A DNA stretch of 64,000 nt from assembly GCA_964016885.1 (NCBI GenBank), contig OZ024747.1, positions 52,080,001 to 52,144,000 on the forward strand. The letters are read 5' to 3'. Source of the stretch: Eledone cirrhosa (lineage: Eukaryota). Below, piece by piece: positions 54,658 through 64,000 of this stretch. The notes under the pieces were generated by a model. That model saw only the letters and a program-made list of their open reading frames with translations, was not told where the DNA came from and ran no database searches. A program made the position numbers and the translations under genes. Position 1 is the first letter of the stretch. Each line of letters begins with the position of its first letter.

Positions 54658-55096
54658 CATGCTACTGTACGTCTGTATACATATATGTATGTACGTATAC
54701 ATGCATACTTACATTTAAGTAAGTGCCATACTAAGAGTGAGAATAAAATTTCGTTTTCATTTTGTTTCAATTTATCGTTTTCGGTATGCCTGACCGATTT
54801 AACTCACTCAATATGCAAATTAGGCTGCTCAGCCGTTAATTTTCATAAGGAAAGTATATACTTTCGAACGTTCAACTATCTGGCAGATGGGTAAACGGTG
54901 CTGATGATAGCTAACAAGCTTGAAACTAGTACATCGTTCCTGTGTCAGTGTTGAACAAAAAGGTGACGTGGTTGCCTTAACACCGTATGGCATAAATTCA
55001 GGCTGTTCAGTTTGTTTACAAACGAACAAAGCGACGTTAGCGCCGCTAAACTGATACGTGCATATATGTATGTGTACCTGTATGTATATGTATGTA

Positions 55097-55130
<34 letters not shown>

Positions 55131-55569
55131 CATGCTACTGTACGTCTGTATACATATATGTATGTACGTATACATGCATACTTACATTTAAGTAAGTGCC
55201 ATACTAAGAGTGAGAATAAAATTTCGTTTTCATTTTGTTTCAATTTATCGTTTTCGGTATGCCTGACCGATTTAACTCACTCAATATGCAAATTAGGCTG
55301 CTCAGCCGTTAATTTTCATAAGGAAAGTATATACTTTCGAACGTTCAACTATCTGGCAGATGGGTAAACGGTGCTGATGATAGCTAACAAGCTTGAAACT
55401 AGTACATCGTTCCTGTGTCAGTGTTGAACAAAAAGGTGACGTGGTTGCCTTAACACCGTATGGCATAAATTCAGGCTGTTCAGTTTGTTTACAAACGAAC
55501 AAAGCGACGTTAGCGCCGCTAAACTGATACGTGCATATATGTATGTGTACCTGTATGTATATGTATGTA

Positions 55570-55603
<34 letters not shown>

Positions 55604-56042
55604 CATGCTACTGTACGTCTGTATACATATATGTATGTACGTATACATGCATACTTACATTTAAGTAAGTGCCATACTAAGAGTGAGAATAAAATTTCGT
55701 TTTCATTTTGTTTCAATTTATCGTTTTCGGTATGCCTGACCGATTTAACTCACTCAATATGCAAATTAGGCTGCTCAGCCGTTAATTTTCATAAGGAAAG
55801 TATATACTTTCGAACGTTCAACTATCTGGCAGATGGGTAAACGGTGCTGATGATAGCTAACAAGCTTGAAACTAGTACATCGTTCCTGTGTCAGTGTTGA
55901 ACAAAAAGGTGACGTGGTTGCCTTAACACCGTATGGCATAAATTCAGGCTGTTCAGTTTGTTTACAAACGAACAAAGCGACGTTAGCGCCGCTAAACTGA
56001 TACGTGCATATATGTATGTGTACCTGTATGTATATGTATGTA

Positions 56043-56076
<34 letters not shown>

Positions 56077-56515
56077 CATGCTACTGTACGTCTGTATACA
56101 TATATGTATGTACGTATACATGCATACTTACATTTAAGTAAGTGCCATACTAAGAGTGAGAATAAAATTTCGTTTTCATTTTGTTTCAATTTATCGTTTT
56201 CGGTATGCCTGACCGATTTAACTCACTCAATATGCAAATTAGGCTGCTCAGCCGTTAATTTTCATAAGGAAAGTATATACTTTCGAACGTTCAACTATCT
56301 GGCAGATGGGTAAACGGTGCTGATGATAGCTAACAAGCTTGAAACTAGTACATCGTTCCTGTGTCAGTGTTGAACAAAAAGGTGACGTGGTTGCCTTAAC
56401 ACCGTATGGCATAAATTCAGGCTGTTCAGTTTGTTTACAAACGAACAAAGCGACGTTAGCGCCGCTAAACTGATACGTGCATATATGTATGTGTACCTGT
56501 ATGTATATGTATGTA

Positions 56516-56549
<34 letters not shown>

Positions 56550-56988
56550 CATGCTACTGTACGTCTGTATACATATATGTATGTACGTATACATGCATAC
56601 TTACATTTAAGTAAGTGCCATACTAAGAGTGAGAATAAAATTTCGTTTTCATTTTGTTTCAATTTATCGTTTTCGGTATGCCTGACCGATTTAACTCACT
56701 CAATATGCAAATTAGGCTGCTCAGCCGTTAATTTTCATAAGGAAAGTATATACTTTCGAACGTTCAACTATCTGGCAGATGGGTAAACGGTGCTGATGAT
56801 AGCTAACAAGCTTGAAACTAGTACATCGTTCCTGTGTCAGTGTTGAACAAAAAGGTGACGTGGTTGCCTTAACACCGTATGGCATAAATTCAGGCTGTTC
56901 AGTTTGTTTACAAACGAACAAAGCGACGTTAGCGCCGCTAAACTGATACGTGCATATATGTATGTGTACCTGTATGTATATGTATGTA

Positions 56989-57022
<34 letters not shown>

Positions 57023-57461
57023 CATGCTACTGTACGTCTGTATACATATATGTATGTACGTATACATGCATACTTACATTTAAGTAAGTGCCATACTAAG
57101 AGTGAGAATAAAATTTCGTTTTCATTTTGTTTCAATTTATCGTTTTCGGTATGCCTGACCGATTTAACTCACTCAATATGCAAATTAGGCTGCTCAGCCG
57201 TTAATTTTCATAAGGAAAGTATATACTTTCGAACGTTCAACTATCTGGCAGATGGGTAAACGGTGCTGATGATAGCTAACAAGCTTGAAACTAGTACATC
57301 GTTCCTGTGTCAGTGTTGAACAAAAAGGTGACGTGGTTGCCTTAACACCGTATGGCATAAATTCAGGCTGTTCAGTTTGTTTACAAACGAACAAAGCGAC
57401 GTTAGCGCCGCTAAACTGATACGTGCATATATGTATGTGTACCTGTATGTATATGTATGTA

Positions 57462-57495
<34 letters not shown>

Positions 57496-57550
57496 CATGC
57501 TACTGTACGTCTGTATACATATATGTATGTACGTATACATGCATACTTAC

Positions 57551-57555
<5 letters not shown>
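54325..57555 (+). mobile_element. 473-bp tandem array (about 6.8 units) with one hammerhead per unit; putative non-LTR retrozyme
   Basis: Identical ORFs recur every 473 bp; HHRs start at 54421, 54894, 55367, 55840, 56313, 56786 and 57259; (TA)n flanks both sides. Confidence 0.88.
54421..54465 (+). ncRNA. Minimal type I hammerhead ribozyme (first of seven copies)
   Basis: AACGGTG CTGATGA T AGCT aaca AGCT T GAA AC ta GT A CATCGTT; 7-bp stem I; predicted cleavage after GUA at 54458. Confidence 0.85.
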
Positions 57556-57639
<84 letters not shown>

Positions 57640-57710
57640 GAGAAGAAAGAATACTGCGTGGTTTGCACATGGGTGACATATGATAAAAATAGTCCTTTGT
57701 CAGTGATTTG

Positions 57711-57761
57711 CCAACCATCATTGGTATTTCATCGCATTAAAAATCAGATACCTCAGGTTGG
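57711..57761 (-). ncRNA. Decayed hammerhead-like motif
   Basis: Minus strand CCAAC CTGAGGT ATC...GAT GAAA T accaatg A TG GTTGG; A9 is replaced by T and position 17 is G. Confidence 0.35.
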
Positions 57762-57982
57762 TGCGAGCAATAATCTAAAAAAAGTTATTGGGACCAGTAA
57801 TCGCGTAAAGCGAGGGGGACAAGTGAACAACATAGAAGGATAAAAACAAACCAAAGAAAGGAAATAAACAAGCAACATGGTAGTCCTGGTCAGCATAAAC
57901 TGGGTGGATTTCATGAGCGAAATATATATATAAAAATATATATAAGCATGGCCTCAGCCGGATGGCTGAATCAGGTAAAAGA

Positions 57983-58082
<100 letters not shown>

Positions 58083-58719
58083 ATATATAGTTACCAAAGA
58101 AAGGCATCCAACCAATATGTGACAGATAGTTACATGTAACTGGCCATACGTGCAGCATCCTAGTTTGATTCTTTGCTTCTGCACATATTTTTAGTACAGA
58201 CTCTATTAAATCCTTCCGAGTTTAAATTCGGCTTTTCAGTGCTCCAAGTAGCTATCAATAAATGTGCATCATTTGAAACAACTAAACTATATCCTGTATC
58301 GGAATGGAAAAGTTTTTTGTAAACTCTTCTCAGTTCCAGAAAACGAATTGCTATTGTTTTTCTTTCTATAGAAACATTGTTGACGAATATTTTGAAAGTC
58401 CACTTCCCAATCTTTAGGTCATCGGTTCGATTCCACGGCGTGGTATCTTGGTCAGGTGTCATATACCATAGCCTCAGGTTGACCTATATCATGTGAGTGT
58501 AATTTGGTAGACGGAAACTGTTTTGAAGCCTGATTGTTGAACTGTATCTGTACTTGAAAGTCAAACACTGTCTCATGCTGAATATCCTCGCGAATTGCAT
58601 TAAGGGTACACCTGTCTGTGGAATGTACCGTCCTTTGCACGTTAGTTTCCCTTTTGAACAAATACCTGGAAAATTCCTCGTCGAAACCAACGAACGTCCG
58701 TTACACATAACATCAGTAA

Positions 58720-58834
58720 CTCTACTACTACCACCACTACTACTACAACCGTCACCAACACCATCACCATCAACACCACCACCAACAGCACCACCACCAC
58801 CACCACCACCACTATCATCATCAGTACCACCGTC

Positions 58835-58865
<31 letters not shown>

Positions 58866-58888
58866 CCACCACCACCACCACCACCACC

Positions 58889-58948
<60 letters not shown>

Positions 58949-59228
58949 GCACTGTTTCATTTTATTTTTCATTTTGAACTTGAACCAAAATGAAACATTT
59001 TTTGGCGATCATTTGTGGATATTTTCTTCGACTAAAACTTATTCTGCCAGTTTCGTTTACATCATCAATGCCATGACAACCGTCATCACCATCATCACCA
59101 ACACCACCATCATCATCATCAACAACATCATCATCACCAATATCATCAATAACATTATCGACATCAACGTCGGTGTCTTCGTCGCCATCTTTTATTCCCA
59201 TCATCATATTGTTGTTTGAGACAATCCG

Positions 59229-59264
<36 letters not shown>

Positions 59265-59571
59265 TATCATCATCATCATCATCAACAACATCGGTATCAA
59301 CAACTACAAAAAATAATTACAAAATATTACTGGTTATTTATTCAAACTTTACAACTGTTTTTATTGTTGCTTCTATTGTTGTTGGTGTTGTTGTTGTTGC
59401 TGATGTTATTGTTGCTGGTGTTGTTGTTGTAAATGATATTGCTGTTCTTGTAATTGTTGTTGTTACTAATGTCATCAAAGTGGGTTTTTTTTTCCTTTGC
59501 AAAACTTCAAATTTCAAAGTTACTGAGTTCGGCTGTCACGTATTTAAGACAAAAGAAACGACGACGTCGTG

Positions 59572-59617
<46 letters not shown>

Positions 59618-59728
59618 CAGCAGCAGCAATAGTTGTAGTAGTAGTAGTAGTAGTAATAGTAGTAGTAGCAGGAGCAGCAATAGTTGTAGTAGTAGTAGTA
59701 ATAGTAGCAGCAGTAGCAGTAGCAGCAA

Positions 59729-59794
<66 letters not shown>

Positions 59795-59820
59795 CAGCAG
59801 CAGTAGTAATAGTAGTATTT
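58720..59820. repeat. Compound trinucleotide repeats (CCA, CTA, CAT, GTT, GTA)
   Basis: Direct reading. Confidence 0.9.
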
Positions 59821-60060
59821 TTAAAAAAATAATGATATTAATGAGGATGTTGATGATGAAGATTATAATGATAATAATAATAATATTAAAAATATTTTCA
59901 TTTTTATAATCAGATAAATATTTTCTCTAAAATTCCAGCAAAAGAGAATGAAGAATGGTATCTATTAGAATATTTTTGAAAAACAACTTTTCAAAAACCA
60001 ACTTCAGTCTAAATTTATTTTCGCCTTTTTTATTCTATAGACGAATAAAAATGTCCTAAT

Positions 60061-62125
60061 CACCTAACACCACCACCAACACCACTCAACAAAAATACCA
60101 CCACCACCACCACAACCACCACCAACAATACTAACAACATCATCATCACCACCACCAACACCACTCAACAAAAATACCACCACCACCACCACAACCAACA
60201 CCACCAACAATACTAACAACATCATCATCACCACCACCGACACCACTCAACAAAAATACCACCACCACCACCACAACCACCACCAACAATACTAACAACA
60301 TCATCATTACCACCACCAACACCACTCAACAAAAATACCACCACCACCACCACAACCACCACCAACAATACTAACAACATCATCACCACCACCACCACCA
60401 CCACTCACAAAAAATACCACCAACCACCAAGACTAACAACAACATCATCACCACCACCACCACCACCACCACCACTCACAAAAAATACCACCAACCACCA
60501 AGACTAACAACAACATCATCACCACCACCACCACCACCACTCACAAAAAATACCACCAACCACCAAGACTAACAACAACATCATCACCACCACCACCACC
60601 ACCACTCACAAAAAATACCACCAACCACCAAGACTAACAACAACATCATCACCACCACCACCACCACCACTCACAAAAAATACCACCAACCACCAAGACT
60701 AACAACAATATCATCACCGCCACCGCCACCACCACCAACACCACTCACAAAAAATACCACCGCCACCACCACCACCACCACCAACACCACTCACAAAAAT
60801 ACCACCACCACCACCACCACCAACACCACCAATACTAACAACAACATCATCACCGCCACCACCACCACCACCACGTTTAACCAGCACCAACCACCATCAA
60901 CACCACCATCATCACAAACGCCACTAGCAACAACATCAACAAAAACAATACCATCCTTACCGACGCCATAAACACTACCACCTCCACCATCACCAACACT
61001 CCAATCATGACCAGCCACCATCAACACCACCATCATCACAACCATCATCATAAACGCCACCAGCAACAACATCAACAACAGTACAATCATCACCAACAGC
61101 ACCACAACCATAAACATGAACACCACCAACAACACCACACCAATCAAGACCAACCACCACCACCACCACCACCACCACCACCACCATCATAAGCACCACC
61201 ACCTTAACGACGACAACTCCAATCATTAATAACCAGCACCAACAACATAAACACCACCAACACCACCACCAACACCAACACCATCAACACCGTCAACAAC
61301 ACCACCACCAACAACACCACCAACACCACCACCAACAACACCACCAGCACCACCACCTCAACCACCAACACCACCACCAACACCATCAACACCACTACCA
61401 CCAACATCATCAACATTATCAACACCACCAACACCATCAACACCACCACCTCCACCCCCATCAACACTACCACCACCACCATCAACACCATCAACACCAC
61501 CACTTCCACCAACACCACCACCAACAACACCACCACCTTCAACACCATCAGCACCACCACCACCAACAACATACACCACCACCTCCACCACCAACACCAC
61601 TACTAACAACACCACCAACAACACCAATACCATCAACACCGTCAACAACACCACCATCAACAACAACACCACCAACAACACCACCAGCACCACCACCTCA
61701 ACCACCAACACCACCACCAACACCATCAACACTATCAACACCATCAACACCATCAACACCACCACCTCCACCCCCATCAACACTACCACCACCACCACCA
61801 TCAACACCACCACCAGCATCACCACCACCACTTCCACCAACACCATCAACACCACCACCGCCGCCCCAACACCATCAACACCACCACCGCCGCCCCAACA
61901 CCATCAACACTACCACCACCACCACGATCAACACCACCACCACCATCAACACCACCACCACCATCAACACCATCACCACCACCACCACCAACACCATCAA
62001 CACCACCACCACCACCAACAGCACCACCATCAACACCACCACGTCCACCACCACGTCCATCAACACCATCAACACCACCACCACCATCCACACCACCGCC
62101 ACCTTTACTACCACCACTACACCAA
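60061..62125. repeat. CCA-rich low-complexity tract with nested ~80-bp and ~60-bp higher-order repeats (60064-60720)
   Basis: accactcacaaaaaataccaccaaccaccaagactaacaacaacatcatcacc is repeated. Confidence 0.9.
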
Positions 62126-62179
62126 TTATTAGTGGTATTGGTGAACTAATTCTTATACTCCAATACAAATATACCCACA

Positions 62180-62377
62180 CCTTTCATCCTTACGGGGTCG
62201 ATAGAATAAAGTACCAATAATGTACTGGGTTTTTGCTGGCCTTGTGCCAAAAGTAGAAACAATTATTATTATCTTAAGGGCGGTAGATTGGCAGAATCGG
62301 TAGAGCATCCGATGCCATGCTTTGTAGCATAGAGTTACGACCCTTTAAGGTCTGAGTTCAAATCCCGCCGAGGTTAA
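62180..62377 (+). mobile_element. Family-A SINE halves in permuted order (3' half before 5' half)
   Basis: cctttcatcc...agtagaaacaattatt (62180-62270) precedes attggcagaatcggtagag...cccgccgaggttaa (62277-62377). Confidence 0.8.
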
Positions 62378-63610
62378 TGGTGAGTGGTGTGTGGGGTGTG
62401 TGGGTGGGCTGGGTGGGGGTGGGGGTAGTGTGTGTGTGTGTGTGTGGGGGGGGGGGTGACGTGTGTTGTGTGTGTAGTGTGGTGTGTGGTGTGGTGGTGC
62501 GGTGTGTGGTGTGTGTGGTGTGTGGTGTGTGGTGTGTGGTGTGTGTGGTGTGTGGTGTGTGTGGTGTGTGTAGTGTGGTGTGTGGTGTGTGTGGTGTGGT
62601 GTGTGGTGTGTGTGGTGTGTGGTGTGTGGTGTGTGTGATGTGTGTGGTGTGGTGTGTGGTGTGTGGTGTGTGTGTTGTGTGTGGTGTGTGGTGTGCGTGG
62701 TGTGGTGTGTGTGGTGTGTGATGTGTGGTGTGTGGTGTTTGTGGTGTGTGGTGTTTTTGTGGTGTGGTGTGTGGTGTGTGTGGAGTGCGTGGTGTGTGGT
62801 CTTTGTGGTGTGTGTGGTGTGTTGTGTGTGTAGTGTGGTGTGTGGTGTGGTGGTGCGGTGTGTGGTGTGTGTGGTGTGTGGTGTGTGGTGTGTGGTGTGT
62901 GTGGTGTGTGGTGTGTGTGGTGTGTGTAGTGTGGTGTGTGGTGTGTGTGGTGTGGTGTGTGGTGTGTGTGGTGTGTGGTGTGTGGTGTGTGTGATGTGTG
63001 TGGTGTGGTGTGTGGTGTGTGGTGTGTGTGTTGTGTGTGGTGTGTGGTGTGCGTGGTGTGGTGTGTGTGGTGTGTGATGTGTGGTGTGTGGTGTTTGTGG
63101 TGTGTGGTGTTTTTGTGGTGTGGTGTGTGGTGTGTGTGGAGTGCGTGGTGTGTGGTCTTTGTGGTGTGTGTGGTGTGTGTGTGGTGTGTGGTTTTTGTGG
63201 TGTATGTGGTGTGTGTGATGTGTGGTGTGAGGTGTGTGGTGTGTGTGGTGTGTATGGGGTGGGTTGTGTGTGTGTAGTGTGGTGTGTGGTGTAAGGGGTG
63301 TGTGGTGTGTGTGGTGTGTGGTGTGTGTGGTGTGGTGTGCGTAGTGTGGTGTGTGTTGTGTGTGTGTAGTGTGGTGTGTGTGATGTGTGGTGTGTGTGGT
63401 GTGTGGTGGGTGGTGGGTGGTGGGTGGTGGGTGGTGTGTGTGGTGTGGTGTGCGTAGTGTGGTGTGTGTTGTGTGTGTGTAGTGTGGCGTGTGGTGTAAG
63501 AGGTGTGTGGTGTGTGTGGTGTGTGGTGTGTGTAGTGTGTGTAGGATGGTGTATGGTGTGTGGTGTATGATGTATGATGTGGTGTATGGTGTTGGTGGTG
63601 GTGGTGGTGT
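62378..63610. repeat. (GT/GGT)-rich satellite with a 356-bp internal duplication
   Basis: Identical ORF starts at 62580/62936 and 62642/62998. Confidence 0.9.
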
Positions 63611-63774
63611 TGAGATGTGCTATTCAAAAGACAATGTGTTGTTCAGAATCTGGGCTAGTCCTAGTAGAGCCAATCTTCGGAGAGTGTTGTGAACTTTAGT
63701 ACCTAGCTCCACACCTCCCCCTCCTCCTCCTCCTTATCATCATCATCATTATCACATTCATCGTCATCATCTAT

Positions 63775-64000
63775 ATCATGCATGTCAATCATGGGGCCCG
63801 CGGGCCGCGTACGGTCCTTTAATAGCACACATGCGGCCCGCACAAAGATTTTTACAGCACGAGCATCTTTTATCTTCGTAATATAAATTTTAAAAATTTA
63901 GTTGTAATGTGCGCTATTAGTTGTCGTGTGTGGCCCTCAGACAACACATTAGTTGTCGTGTGTGGCCCTCAGACAACACATTAGTTGTCGTGTGTGGCAC
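63775..64000 (+). mobile_element. hAT/Charlie-like MITE end with a 32-bp tandem repeat (63916-64000)
   Basis: Subterminal ggcccgcgggccgc..cggtcc..tgcggcccgc motifs; attagttgtcgtgtgtggccctcagacaacac about 2.6 times. Confidence 0.5.

Noticed and set aside
54472-57540. Repeated 65-91 aa ORFs in the 473-bp array as a tandem gene family
   Set aside because: They overlap on both strands, are partly (TA)n read-through and show no domain; the hammerhead explains the unit better.
58484-63692. Poly-Pro, Gly, Val, His and Thr ORFs, including the 417-aa one
   Set aside because: They are translations of simple repeats.

Overview
AT-rich eukaryotic intergenic or intronic DNA, very likely from an octopus, inferred from the many tRNA-derived SINEs with the motif gagttcaaatcccgccgaggttaactttgcctttcatccttacggggtcgataaa and the extreme (TA)n/(CA)n/(GA)n load. 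I found no supportable host exon; nearly all ORF-track entries are microsatellite read-throughs. Real coding remnants are all transposon-derived: mariner, CRE, RTE, CR1-like, Tx1/L1-like and five Penelope-like (PLE) fragments. The main hidden signal is a dense set of type I hammerhead ribozyme (HHR) motifs. A 473-bp head-to-tail array (54325-57555) carries seven apparently identical minimal HHRs, has an inverted 5' segment and sits in (TA)n. This is the architecture of a non-autonomous circular-RNA retroelement (non-LTR retrozyme). About a dozen further intact or decayed HHRs lie in PLE pseudo-LTRs (pLTRs), a 400-bp palindrome and solo islands. Several unrelated ones share an unusual U·U pair at the base of stem II, and one family has a CAGAAGA core. 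All folds were done by eye and no activity is demonstrated.
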